This document shows, piece by piece, positions 13,552-27,717 of a stretch of DNA of 64,000 nt. Made by a program: the position numbers and the translations under genes. Below the pieces are notes generated by a model. The model was not told where the DNA came from. It did not search any database and worked only from the letters and a program-made list of their open reading frames with translations. Source of the DNA: Chrysomallon squamiferum (Eukaryota > Animalia > Mollusca); NCBI GenBank assembly GCA_012295275.1, contig CM022670.1:1488001-1552000 (forward strand). Reading direction: 5' to 3'. Within the stretch, counting starts at the first letter, position 1. Each line of letters starts with the position of its first letter.

Positions 13552-16388
13552 CAGCAAATGTGTTGTTGTCATTTATTTTGTTGAATATTTTTGTGTTATC
13601 ATGAGTTGCAGGCTTGCTCATTTTTAAAAACCCCTTTAATATTTATAATCTTTAATTTCCTTCTATATCGTCTTTCTCTTTTCTTTTTATTCATATTATT
13701 TGAATGACTCTGTTTTTAATTGCGTAACATTAAACCTGATTTTATTTCATAAAGGTAATAATTTTAATATTTTTACAAAGAAATAACAATGCATTTTAAC
13801 ACATCAGAAATAGATATTATGTTTTTGATAACATTTACTAATTTTTAAAAAATTTCTTCTTTTTAAAAAAAAAAAATGTATGATCTCTTTGTGCTGTATG
13901 TAGTGTTGGTTTATTTGTTTAACTTAACGTAAGCCTGCACTCAAGAAAAATGTTAAAGATTATATATATTTTTGTATGGTAATTTTGTTGTGGTCACAAG
14001 GTCAAAAAGGAAACAAAATCACATCGATTTAATGAGGAACTAAAAAATTTATTTAATGTTTCTGGTGCTAGGAAAGATGTCTCCCATCATAGGTATTCGT
14101 TAAGCACACCATGTTACTTTTGATGATTTTTAAGTTACGCAAACTTCAAAAAGATACACTTGTGAAATGGCAAGAATGTTTTTTATTAGGAATTGGAAGA
14201 ATTCATGCTTTTAGTAAAATTACAAGATTAATAAATTTGCCAGTGTGAACATTTATTCACCATTGTGCACTAGTTAATAATAATATTTTTTTGTCTATTA
14301 TATATATATAAAACTTTTATTTTAAAAATATTAAGAAAATAACTGTCTGTAGTCTCTACATTTTAAATTGCTTTATCTCTTTCTCAGCAAGAAACTAATA
14401 AATTGCTATAAATTGCTTTAAAAAAAAAAAAAAAAAATCAGAATATTTAATTGTACTCCTCTTTTTTTGCCTTTCCCACTGAAGTGTTGGAATTTTATTT
14501 GGGTGGTATATAAAGATCATAAATAAGACTCAAATATCAATAAAATGAATGCCCAGTTATCACAGACTGAGAATCAATTATGTAAAATGCTGGAAGTCCA
14601 TTTATATTTAATATACAGTTTATACAAATAGTCTGCAGGACTTTTTTATATAATATTTTTAATAATTTTGTGCATAAAATAAAATTTGTGTATCTACAAA
14701 ACAGACTGAAAACTGAGATATCACTATTTCTTCTGGGAAATGGTTTTTGATTTTGGAATTTTGAATAAAGGATCCTCAACCAGTATTTTGAAATGTACTT
14801 ACTCGATGAACTTATAATTATAACTAAGATTTACTTGTTTGTTTCCTTTTGATTTGTTAATGATGCCATCTTATTACCAAAATAAAGTGACTTACCTAGT
14901 CATTGTTAAAGGTATGATCCTTTTTCATACTTAAAAGGAGATATTTGGGCAAAGTTTGCAATATTTTCTGTAATGAAATATTTTAGACATTAGAAAGCAT
15001 TATAACTATTCATTATAAAATTTTTGAAATTCTTGTTTTACCAGCCAATTTGATGACACTTAATTACTTAAATTTAAAAAAATTAATTAATTAATTAATT
15101 AAAAATAAAATATTTCAAGTGATATGTACTTCAGAAAAAGATGATGAAAATTATCTTTCTAATTTAATCAAAACTAAGATGACTGTGTTTTGGGCTTGGT
15201 AAAACCACAGATTGTTGTATTGTTTGATAATAATTTAAAAAATAATAATGATTACTTCTTCATAGCCTTTATTTTATAAATCAACATAATTATAAAAACA
15301 CACAATTTTTTTAATATGATAAGGCCATTGATTAAACCACTGTTTGACCTGAAAGGCATTTTGCTCATGTTTTTTTCTAACATTTTAAAACTAGTTACCA
15401 TTCTTTTTTTCTTTTACCATCAAGTTATTTTAAAAACTAACATGATTACTAATATATTAAATTTGATGTTTGTGAATTAATGATAAACAGTTTCTAAGAA
15501 AAGCTTTCTGCAGAAATATTTAAGAAAAGTCTAAAAAAATTAGAATAGCTAAGATAGAAGCAGTCAACTACAAAAGTCAAATTTTTGTTTTCTTTATTGT
15601 CATATTAATTTTTTTTCTTAAAAACATTTCTAGCTTTTGCATTTCTTAATATATAAATATATCTCACAGTTATGTGCCTGTCTGCTATGATATTTTTTAT
15701 ATGTATTACTATTATTATTATTATTAGTCTTCTTTTCTCTTTTTTTTTTTTTTTTTTTACAAAACTTTCAAAACATTAAAATTTTTATTTTTTATTTTTG
15801 TAATATCAGTTTAACATATGTCATTTATTTAACTAGAATGTGATATACACAGTTTTTGAAAAGCTGTAGCAAATTATATTGAGTCCATTTTGTATTCTGT
15901 TCAGTGTGTAACTTTAATGTATTTGCTTTTATACAGTAAGTTGTTTTATGAAACTGGATTTATATTTACAGGTGAAAGATTGGAGCTGTTTTTATTTTTT
16001 AACTTGCTATATACAGACATGAGTGTAGATGTATTTAAAAGTAAAATGATTATTCTCTTCTTTTGTAAGATGAGAATATTCAATAGGTGTTACAAAACGC
16101 ACATTTTAAATGGAAACTGGTCATCAAATGCACAAATGTTCTTGTCAATGGTTCATTATAAATTCATTTTTTATTCCCTCATTTAAAAATAAATTTTGCT
16201 AATAAAAGATCCTTTTTTTTTCTTTGCTCTTTAAGTCAAAGTTTCTTAAACATTTGTTTTATTTTATAGCTGGTTAAATAGAATACAAAATATTTTTTTA
16301 TATATTGCATAATGTAAAATATGTAAATGTCTGTCTTTTCTCTATGTCAGTAATTATTTGATTAGAAGTACATACAGTATAAATGGGT

Positions 16389-16439
<51 letters not shown>

Positions 16440-18169
16440 GAAACTGTGAAAATACTGAATAAATCAGAAATGTTAATAAATTGTGAATTTTAAAATTAGC
16501 ATAATTTCACAACATCAGGTTTATCAAAGTTATTCATAAATAGAGGTCATAGAAGGTGCACATGTATCTCTGAGTGAAGCCATGGATTCAGTATTTTAAT
16601 CAAAATCTGACAGCATTCCAGTACTTTTGACATATTTAAACAGTTTTTTACTTTCTATCTGTACGTCTGTTTTACAGTTTGTTTCAACCTCTTTTACAGA
16701 TGTGTTCTGATGTCAGAATATCAAACTCTTTTGTGCGACAAATGTATTATCTCTTTTTAAATCTTTTTGAAGCTGTAATATTTTAATATTCTTTTTGTTT
16801 TCACAATGCATTAATATTTTAATTGAGTCATCTTTATTGAAATTTTTCTTTAACTCATTTGTGCTGCCACATGTTGGTCCCTTCACTACTCAGATTATAA
16901 ATTTTTGTTTCATTTCATAATATTTGTTTCATTCCAAGTTAATTTCTTAGAAACCACCAGATGTTAAAGTCTGGTCTGTTTCTTATTCTTTAACAGATTC
17001 ATTTTTAAAAATTAACTAAAAAAATGTTTCTTTCTTTCACTGCACCAAAAATTTTAAAATTTGTCTTTCTGTCAATAAACTACGCACAGGAAAAATAATT
17101 GTTTCTGCATTTTATTATTAAATATATCTAATAAAGACTAAATTTTTTAATTTTAATTTTTTTAAAAATTAATATTCCCATATCATGCTAATTTATATTT
17201 GTTTGGAGTTTTACACACATACACACACACACACACACAAACAAAATATTGCCATTATATTCTCCATATCTATGCAAATTGCATTTTGTCAAACTTGTAT
17301 GGTTACATTTAAAATGAAAACATTTTTTCAATCAAAAACAAATTAATATTAATAATAATCAGATGAAGTAAGAAAATGTATAAGATTTGGATTTGAGAAT
17401 ATGTTATAGCACTTAATTTTATTGGTGATGTTAATTATGAATGGGATAAAAAAAAAAAAAAAATGACCTTCAGGTGCTTAATAACTTTTGGCCTGAATAA
17501 GAGATATATCTGAGCTTTAAAAATATTTTGTTTTATTCAAATACACAAGTACAGTTGACTTGACTTAACAGAATATTCCACCTAACATTTTACAGTTTTT
17601 TTTTTTTTTTTTTTTTTTTTTAATGCTGATAGATTGTATTTTGTTTACAAATCATGAATATGAGTCAATGAAATATTGCTTGTTATAAAATATAATTATA
17701 TCTGGATAATTTTTCAAAGTTTTAAACTCTGTAGCATCAGTTTCATAAAGATAACATATGCTGTACATTTTATCCCATGAAGAATTTATTTCTCTGTGTG
17801 ATGTCTGACTTTGTGAATTAGGTGAAAATTACATTATTTAATGGATGAATAAAACATACCTATATTTCAACTTAAAACCAATAAATGAAACAGCAAAACT
17901 ATAGAATACATTTTTATAGTTAAATCAAATATAATTATTAATGTGCACATACCTGCATGATTAAAGCATTTCAGTAGTGGACCTAACGCTGGCTGTTAGT
18001 AGTGTCCTGTCAGTGGTATTGTCCCATTTTTTTATTCAGTATTTACAGCACTCAGTAAGTTTATCGAAATACTTTAGATCAATGCAGCGCTTATTTTCAT
18101 TCATGTTTATGTCATGAATATGTGATACGAATGGTTATGGACATATTTTTGTCAGCAGTCACTGTTGTT

Positions 18170-18205
<36 letters not shown>

Positions 18206-18479
18206 TTTATATTTAATAAATGTGTTTACATGTATGGTTTGTTTGTTTTTTTTACCTCTGTGTTCGTTTTTTTTTTTTTTATTTTTTATTATTATTATTA
18301 TTATTATTATTTTTTTTTTTGTTAATCAGTGTGTCTTGTTTTATACTGTATCAGTTACTGTTACTATTATTATTATTATTATTATGTCAAGAATTGTTGC
18401 TTTCTACTCAATTACTGAGTAATAGATGGATTCTAGCATACAAGTCTTTCGAGTTGGTGTTCAATGTTTTGGGTTAAGT

Positions 18480-18751
18480 CCATTCACAGTATTTAGTATC
18501 GGCATTGTTGGTCCCGATAAAAATTGTTGATATTCGTCATTACGTTCCGTGAAAAACGGAATGTTCCGAATGCTTGAAACTAGACTGGTAAATTGTCAAA
18601 CAATTTCTAAACGCAAATGTCGCCGTAACATTGATTAAATATTAGTTTTTATACATTCCAAGTTGCGTAGAGTTCTGACAGCTAAGCTGAACGGAGTATT
18701 ATAATTTATTGTTTTCTGCCTGTCATCTAAGCAGTTAACTCCATACAACAT
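18480..18751 (+). promoter_or_regulatory. IFT74 promoter / first exon
   Basis: Local CpG cluster ending in the strong donor CAACAT|GTAAGT at 18751/18752. Confidence 0.55.
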
Positions 18752-19563
18752 GTAAGTATAAAGAAAATAAGAAGTTTAATTTTAGTTACATTTAATCCGA
18801 TTTAAATTTTATTGAATCCAAAACTAATGCAACAATAAGTTACTAAGTAACTTCAGTAATTGTATTATGTGCGTAACGCACATTAAGTTAACTGATTAAT
18901 CATTAAGTGTTTAACTGAGAAATATAAAAATTGCATTAATAGTAATGTGTACCTATATTATTAAAAAATAATTTTATTTATTTAAACTTCAGTCTAATTC
19001 CGTGAGAACGATTGTTTTTAGGAACTGATAAGTCTAATACTAATAGTAACTAATAATAATATAGCCATTTTATATTTTATAAATATATAATTTTAGTATT
19101 ATATTAATATACTTGTCACTTTATAAGTTTATATTATTTTATTTTTATGTTTTAGGGTTTTTATTTTTTCTAATTTTTAATGGACATGGCTATACTTAAT
19201 ATTACTCGATATTTGCCATTATTTTATGAATTTGTTAAGTTGTGTTTTGCTATGTTTTGTTTACTATGGTTCTGTTGCAGGAGTCGACCACCAACAAACA
19301 GTGGTCGTCCCATAACTGGGGCAGCTAGACCTTTAGGAACAGGTAATTAATGATTTTATTTATTTTTTTATAATTTTTATTAATGTATTTAAATAATTTT
19401 GTGTGGGTGTAAGTAGTTGGTACTGTTTTTTTTTTTTTTTTTTTTTAAAGAAAATTATAACTGTAGTGAAAGTATGTTTCACATATTTTTGTTTTTGTTA
19501 AATTATAAGTAAATTCTTTTGACTTGTCTATATAATAAATTTGTATAAGATAAAAGTTTATCA

Positions 19564-19624
<61 letters not shown>

Positions 19625-22600
19625 TTCCAGCTGCTGGACGTCAACCAGGAACTGCTACCAGACTTACAACTGCAATGGTGAGATCACTGTTTTGTTTTTA
19701 AATGTTAATTATATTTTTATCATTCTTAATCCACAACACTATACTATGTATATTAGTTGTCAGATTAATGTTAGAAGAAAGTGTTTTAAATTACTTAATT
19801 AAAATTTTATTTTACCTTTAATTACTAATCTAATTATTATTATTATTTTTTTTTTTTTTTTTTTTGAAACTTCTAGAAAAGTTTATATTTGCAGACTGTG
19901 AACAGAAACACTAAACAAATGTCTTTCTTCTTGTTGTTTTTAATAAAATTATTATTATTGTATTTTATTTTTGTTTTAATTTACAGAATCCAGGTACAGC
20001 AAGGCCTGGTACAAGAGGAGGGCAGATAGGTGGAGGAGTTGGTAAGAATTATGTGAACTTTAGTTTAAACAAAAATCCTCAAACACTTGTTGACTTTAAT
20101 TTTACAGTATAACTGAAAATACCAGTGATGTCTTTTTAATCTTTAATTATGATGAAACAGATCATTTTTTAATGTGACAAGAAAATATTTCTCTTCAGTT
20201 TTCATAACAAAAATTATAATTATATTTTTTTATAAATATTGTGCCAGAAAGCAATGTATTCATCTATAAACTTTTGTGTTGGGATTTTTTAGCAATACTT
20301 TGTTATTTTTTTAGCTCTGAATGCTCATGTGACAGTTGTTGATCGACCTACAACTCAGCAAGGTCTTGGTGGGATGAAAACTGCTGCTAGAGGTAACTAT
20401 TATTTTTCTACATGATCAAAATAGAGGAAACAGTTTTGAAATAATTTTATTTGTTAGATAAGCTATGTGTACCTGTGTAACAGCATAATATGAATATGTT
20501 TTTCAAAAATTAAAGAATGAAATGTTACTCGTAATATTTTATTTTTTATTAAATATACATTGCATTAATTATTAATGATTTAAAAAAAATACACACATGA
20601 GAAAGAATCTTACATTTTTTTCTGAGATAGATTGTTTATTTTTAATTTTTTAAGGTGGTCGTCAGGTGATGGACAAGACTTATTTCTTAGGATTGATAAG
20701 GTACTGATTAAAATCATCAAAAACAGGAATTGTTTTTATTTATTTATTTTGTTAATAAATAAATTATATAAAACTTTAATGACTTAAGTAAATGTAAAAT
20801 TATTTAATATTGATCCGAGAGAAAAAAATAATTATTCTCAAAACTACATGATACCAAGGTTTTAGTTGTAAAAATATTTTTTTTAATAGTGCTCTTTTAG
20901 CCATTTTAGATTTAACTATTTGCTAAATATTGTTCCTTTCTGATACATGATTTTAACTTTTTTCTTATTAATGTTGATTTTACATCACAGTATGTTCAGA
21001 AAAAGTAAATTATGGATAAGTAAATTTATTATTTTAATAATTGTTCTAGCCATTTTAAATGTTTTCCTTTTTTCAGGAGTAAAATAAATGAGCTGAATGC
21101 AGAAATAATAAAACTGAATAAAGACATTGAAAATGCTAATGATGAAAATGCAAGTTATTTGGGATATGAAAAAAGGTTTGTTAATTTCTAAGTTGTTCTT
21201 TTATTTCATAATTATCTAAGTGAAATATTATTTTAACATCTTTTTCAATATAAATATTTTTTGTCTTGATTTAGTGTTTGCATTTTATTTGTATTTTATT
21301 TTTGTTTTAATAATTTTAATCGCATTTCAAATATACTCATTTTATTATATTTATACAATTATTTTTTTATGCTTCTTTCCACAGAGCAGAAACTTTGGCT
21401 TCTGAAATAAGAGATTTGCAGGGAGAACTTGGAGACTATAATACTGTGAGTTGATATTCAATTTAAAATGTTTAAAATTTAATTTCATATAATTTTAAAC
21501 ATATTTTATGATTTTTTTTAAATTATTGTTACTATTTAAATTTTTTAAATACAAATTTGTTTATTATGCTTTGGCCATAAAACACTTAAAAGAAGCTGAC
21601 AGAATTAATCAGTATATCATTTTTTTTAAGATAACATTTTAAAAATAAAGTCTGGAGTGTAATTTGGCTAAGGTCAATTAAAAAAAAAAAAAATACATTT
21701 TCAAGATTATAGTTCTTGAATTATATAAATGCCAAAACAGGACTTGATTTTTTATTATTTATTTATATTTTATTTTTTAACAGTTGGTGGACAAGCTGAC
21801 CATTGATGAAGATATACAAGATGTTGAGTTTGATTGTAACAATGTAAGTGTGATTTAAAAAATGTTTAGTTTCATTAATTATAAATTCAAACACTTACCT
21901 GTTACTGATCTATCATACTTAGATACAACAGCCAAACAGTGAAGAACTTTTATCATAATTTTACTTGAATACTAATATAAATATTGAAATTATTGGGGTG
22001 TTTTTTTTCCAGTTAAAGGCACAAAATGACAGAGATGCTAAGAAAATAGAAGAATTATTTGATATCAAGAAACAGTAAGTTAAACTAGTATATGGATGGA
22101 ATCCAACTGTTTTTAATAGCCAAGCAAGAATTATTTCCTTTTGAAAAAAAAACAAACATAATTGGGTCAGTATATTTGGTTAAAATAAATCTTTTAATCT
22201 TAGATGTATCTAGATATTTAAGCAAGAATTTATTTATTTATTAATCATATACATTCCAAAACTTATATTCATCATTTAAATTCACTTCTTTTCTTGGCCA
22301 TTTTAAATTATTAGCATGCTATTTTATAAGTAGAACCTTTGATAATTTGAATTCTTCATTTTTAAACCATCTTCTATCTATGCTCACAAACTTCTTTTCA
22401 AACACAAAGGGCAATTGACAGTTCATAACACAATGCATCTTAAGATCATCTTAAATAGTTTAGGTATCTGAAGTTTTTTATTTGTTAAATGGTATTTTTT
22501 TCTTTCAGAAAAGAAGAGATGATAATTCAGGTCACAACAGAACTGGATCAAGAGAAAAGAATGGCTGACAGTTTAGTCAATGACATGGTTAGTTGAAAAT

Positions 22601-24259
22601 CGTGATCGACTCTTACAAAGTGTTCCTGTTTATAACATTAACATTTGGACAGATAATCATTGGATACAAGTATGGTTAAAATGTATGGAAGATATGAAGT
22701 AGTTTCGTCCATCTGGCTTAATTTTAGACTAAAATACATTTCCTGATGTATGAGAAGATATTTATACCAGACAAGCTATTCCTAATTTCACTAAGCAATT
22801 TAGTGAATTCTGACTGATCAGGTTGTGTCCAGGTGATATATAACAATGAAACAAATAAAACAAAATATCAGATTTTTCTATTACAGATTAAAACTGGTGG
22901 TCTTTATAAAAATGAATTAGTTGAGTTGTCTTTCTTGTTGTTGTTTAATGTAATACTCAAACCGTTTATAAAATCTTTTTCTAGGATCCAGAAATGAGAC
23001 AGAAGTATTACAAAATGAAAGAATTGAATGAACACATGTTGAAACAGTTGGAGAACGGACAACAAGAGCTTGATCATCTGAACTCTAAAATTGAAGCATT
23101 GCAGGAAGTGAGTTACAAAATTTATCACAGTGTTTCATTGTTAGACCAAGTATATACAAGAACTATAACCATAGTACTATCACATTTTGTTGTAAGATAC
23201 TAGCTTTCAAAAAGAATAATTAAACAATCACTTTGAAATACACAATTTTAATTTTTTTATTTCAGCACAGGTATATTCTTTACCTAAGAAGTTATATTAC
23301 ATAAAAATTATCATTTTAAATTTTGAATAAGGATATGGAAAATTAATATAATATTTTGTGAAAATAATTAAGAAAATATATTATTAAAAAAAAAAAAAAT
23401 AATAATAAATTTATATAAAACAAAAAAAAAAGCAACATTTTATTTGACTGATAGATCACTGACATTTTGTTTTCTTATTTCAGGAACTGTCCATGTCCCA
23501 AGTTAAGCAAGAAGCAGGTGAATTTTCACTACATTTTAAAATTAGAGCATGTTACCAAGAATTCATTTTGAAACAAATTGAAATTGTAATCAAACTTATT
23601 TTTAATGTTTGTTTTTAACAAAACATTCTTTTGACTGCTGTAGAATATCATTACAAAAATTATTATATGTGCACAGTTATATTTTCTGTTTATTGTGTTT
23701 TTTACTAGTGCGTTTGTATGAGCAAATCCATGAACTGGAAGTGAAGCGAGATCAGCTGGTTGAGGAGGCTAAGTCACGAGGCACACCAGCAGAAGAAAGA
23801 GAGAAACTTCTAAAACAAGTGAAAGAGGACAACCAAGAAATAGCCAGCATGGAGAGACAGTAAGTAGACTTTCATTAAGCTATGTTCTTATTCCTCACAA
23901 ACAAGGACTTGCACATATGTATCTGTATATGTATATATGTGTATATATTTATATTTAATAATATACACACATATACTTTTATATTTTTATCCTAGTGTAT
24001 TTGTTAAAAGATATCAGAGTTCATTTTCATACATTTTTGATGTCTTACCATGAATAACTACATAGAGTTTATTAATCAAAGAATATAAGAATTAAATAAA
24101 ATCAATTTTTTTTTTATCAAAAGTACACAGGTATTTGATTAATACAACAATGACATTTTTATTTATGTGTGAATAAAAGATTTTTTTTTGATTTTTTTTT
24201 TATTCTACTTTATAAATTATTGAAAATAATAAACCTGCTCTTTTGTTCAGTCAAACAAG

Positions 24260-24290
<31 letters not shown>

Positions 24291-27200
24291 CTTAGGACTA
24301 AAGAGTTACAGGAACGTATTGAGCAGATGCAGGAAGATATCAGACAGCTTGACATGGATATTGAAGAGAACCAAGGTATGATAATGTGCAGTTAAATAAA
24401 AATTAGTCTTGAAAACAATTATATACTTCAGCTGGAATCTATAATTATGAAAACAAATACTATATTATTTAAATCTGAGTGTTTCTTAAAGCATTCAGTT
24501 ATGCTGATTGTAGCTCAGTAAATTCTTACAAAGTAATATATTTCTTTTTAAATTTATAAATTTAAAGATGTTTGTTTTCAGGTGAAAGAAATCAGAAGTA
24601 TAAAGAACTGAAAAAGAGAAGAAAAAAATGGATGGTATTTGAAATAATTATTTCTTGTTAACATTTGTTATTTTATTATCTGTCAGTATCACCCTCCTAA
24701 CTTTCATCATTGTTGAAAATGATATAAGCAAACCATTTCGATGACATTTAATATTCTCCATCAAGAACTATAATTTAATTTTTCTATTTATTTGTGAACA
24801 TAATGTGGCTTGTACATATTTTTAGATCAGTGTACATGTAATGTGTTCCTAACTCAGGTTTTTAATTTATTGTGTTTATACTGCTGTTTTCTCTTTCAGA
24901 ATTTCTCAACACATTTGAATCAATCAAAGCTCAGTGCTATGTAAGTTAAATAACTTTATTTGTATTCCAGCTACAGTGTCTGAAACATTCAGAAGATAGC
25001 ACTTTTTAAATCTGTAATGAAACATATAATACTGGATGTACTGGTTAAATATTTTTAGTCTTAGTTTCATTCCTGCTTAATTTTTATCCTGTAAGTCATT
25101 TCTTACCTAGCTAACTCGTCTAGTTAACCATACTCACTTTCTATCACAATATTCAGCTTTAGTCTTATCAACGTTAAGAACAATTTACTGTCTATAGAAA
25201 TTGTCTTATCATTATAACAGGATTTGCCAGAAAATGAAATAAAAATTAATATTTAAAAATACCACAATAGTACTATGATTTACACTTTTTTTTTTTTTGG
25301 TTTTTTATTGTGGGTTTTTTTGGGTTTTTTTAGCAAAAGATTGCTGAAAATGAAGAAACTATTGTTTCAGCACTGGAACACATGAGCAGAGTAAGTACAA
25401 CCAAGAAATGGTCTAGATGTGCGTGACATCATAGGATAACCAGTCACATGATCAAAACTCAGGTTTCAATGGAATAAGATAACCCACATTTTACAAATCA
25501 AAATACTTTTTCAGTTATCCAAATCAGGTTAAAACTTTCAGAATAATTACAGATTTCATATCAAAGGCCTTTTCACAAAACATTTCTCTGCATTAATAAG
25601 CTGGAACTCAAAATTACATTGTGTGACATCTGACACCACACACATTATAATTATCAGTCATAACATAAATTTCTGAATTAAAATAAAGTCAGCATGTAAA
25701 AAGACCATTAACTTATCCGACATGTATTTTAAAGATAAGAATTTTCCATTATTTATTTTCTTTAGATGTATATTATTTATGTCATTCTTAATACATGAAC
25801 TCAAGCATTTTTATGTTATTTGTTGAAAAAAAAGTTTAAAAAAACTTTATATATAAAAATTAATTACTTACTCTATGTATGTGTGTCTGTATATATTTGT
25901 AAGTAATTTTTTTTGTTTTTTCCACAGAACATGGGTCGTTTCTCTCATCTTCCAACTCCAAAAGAGTTGGCTGGTATGAAGGAAGATTTGGTCTTCAAAG
26001 AAGATGAAATGAAAAAATCTGAAACTACAGCACTGAGTTTGGCAGGAGGTGAGTGCAGGACACTTCAGCAGTTCCAGCAGAATCATTTCTATTCAGTGTG
26101 CCTGTGTGTGTGGCAAGAATTAATTGATTCTGATAAACTCAGAAATTTGAAGCACTGCTTTCATCTTTGTATTATTTCACCTATTTCTACCAGAGCTTCA
26201 GAATAAATTAATTACAGGAAAGATAACATTTCTAACTTTAAAATGCACTGTATGAAAATTAATTTTCTATTTTTTTTAATTATTATTATTTTATTATTTA
26301 GAGAGAGAGAAACTGCAGCAAGATTTAAACAAGATGCAGCAGTTTGAGGAGAAATTGAAAGAAGAACTTGTGCTTCTGAAGGAGAAAGTTTCCACTATGG
26401 AAAGAGATATTAAAGTTTATGGTGATCTTCAGAGGCTGAAAGAAGAGTCAGAACAAAAACGAAAGGTAACTGATCTCAATTTTAGATCTAAAAAATAACT
26501 ACTTTGTTCTTGTTAATTATATTTTTCTGGTTTTTAGAATATTGACAAATATTTTTAAGTCAGGTTCCCTTTCATTTATATTCCATTCATATTTAGAAAA
26601 TTAATTTTGTTAGTTGTTTTTTTTATGAATTTTTTACGTTGTTCATTTCAGTCTGTTATGTCAACTTTCATGAGATTATTTAATGAGGTCCGTAATTTTC
26701 ACAACTGAATACAAATATGAATACAAACACGAAAATTTAAATATGTTAGATGATTTCATTTTCTTCCAGAAACTACAAGATGATCGAATAGCACTGCAGA
26801 AAAGAAGGGAGTGTTTCAAGAAAGTAGTACAACAACTGCAGTCCAAGTACGAAGGTCTTCAGGCTCAGCTTAATGAAAATGAAACTTACACTCAGGTAAT
26901 GTCCATCATCCTTGTAAAAATGTGAATGTTCTACTTTTGAACAGAAATGCAACTGTTTCTACAGGCAATGGGATTTACCTCAGATGGCTGAATAACAAAA
27001 TAAATGCTACAAACATAAAGTGATCATGTTAATTAAACCAAATATTTAGCTATTAAAATAAAGCTATGCCAGCTATGCCATAACTAATGAACGTAGCAAT
27101 TATTTTGTTTAAAACAACAGTTTATGGTTTCCTTGTCTAGGTTAGTTCAACGGTTAATTATATTGTAACTGTCCATTCATGGTAGAGATTTGAGCACATT

Positions 27201-27717
27201 ACCAAAATTGCTTAGACATCTATACATCTTCATGCTTAACAGACTATTTTTTTCTTTCGTTTCCAGCTTGCTAATCTGGAGAGAAAATGGCAGCATCATG
27301 AACAGAACAATTTTTCAATGAAGGAATGTATCCTTTTGCAAAAAATATTTCGAATGCAGATAAATTGTTATTCTAAATTAACTAAACCACTAGTAAAGAT
27401 ATATCGATCTTCTATTTTTGTTTTTTCAATAATTTTCGAAATTGTTACAAATTTATTGTTAATTAATATTTTTGATTCAAAGTTCCTCTTTATTGAAAAA
27501 TTAATTATACAATGATTTTAATTCTTTATTTTTTTAATTTATTTTTTTAACAGAATTTATCCAATACATTTAATAAGTATTTCCTCAATTTGTACCAGTT
27601 ATTGCAACAAGAACAATGGAATGTGACTTTGTTCCTATCAGCCGAAGAGTTTACAAGTCTCTAGATGAATTCAATCATCAGTTACAGGATCATCTGGCAG
27701 GAAAACACAATTTGTGA
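18750..27717 (+). CDS. IFT74: Intraflagellar transport protein 74 (23 coding exons; apparent frameshift in exon 24582-24634)
   Basis: Exons 18750-18751 (AT), 19281-19342, 19631-19677, 19987-20041, 20315-20392, 20655-20700, 21077-21175, 21385-21445, 21784-21843, 22013-22074, 22509-22587, 22985-23107, 23484-23517, 23709-23859, 24296-24375, 24582-24634, 24900-24940, 25334-25390, 25928-26048, 26302-26465, 26770-26895, 27267-27327, 27599-27717. Motifs RPGT repeats, [91 protein letters not shown]. Confidence 0.95.
19566..19624 (+). repeat. (ATT)n microsatellite abutting an IFT74 acceptor
   Basis: ATT repeat directly upstream of TTCCAG 19630. Similar ATT tracts at about 7907-7959 and 16396-16439. 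Confidence 0.9.
27328..27598 (+). other. U12-type (minor spliceosome) GT-AG intron, last intron of IFT74
   Basis: 5' splice site GTATCCTTTT matches the U12 consensus. Branch-like TTCCTCAAT at 27581-27589 lies about 10 nt before the CAG acceptor, with no polypyrimidine tract. Splicing restores ...MKE-F-IATRTME. Confidence 0.88.

Noticed and set aside
18122-18477. Overlapping ORFs rich in F/L/Y/I
   Set aside because: Translations of poly-T and (ATT)n microsatellites, not real proteins.
18542-18632. Possible RFX X-box in the IFT74 promoter (GTCGCCGTAAC; GTTCCGTGAAAAAC)
   Set aside because: Only half-site matches with wrong spacing; cannot be supported from sequence alone.
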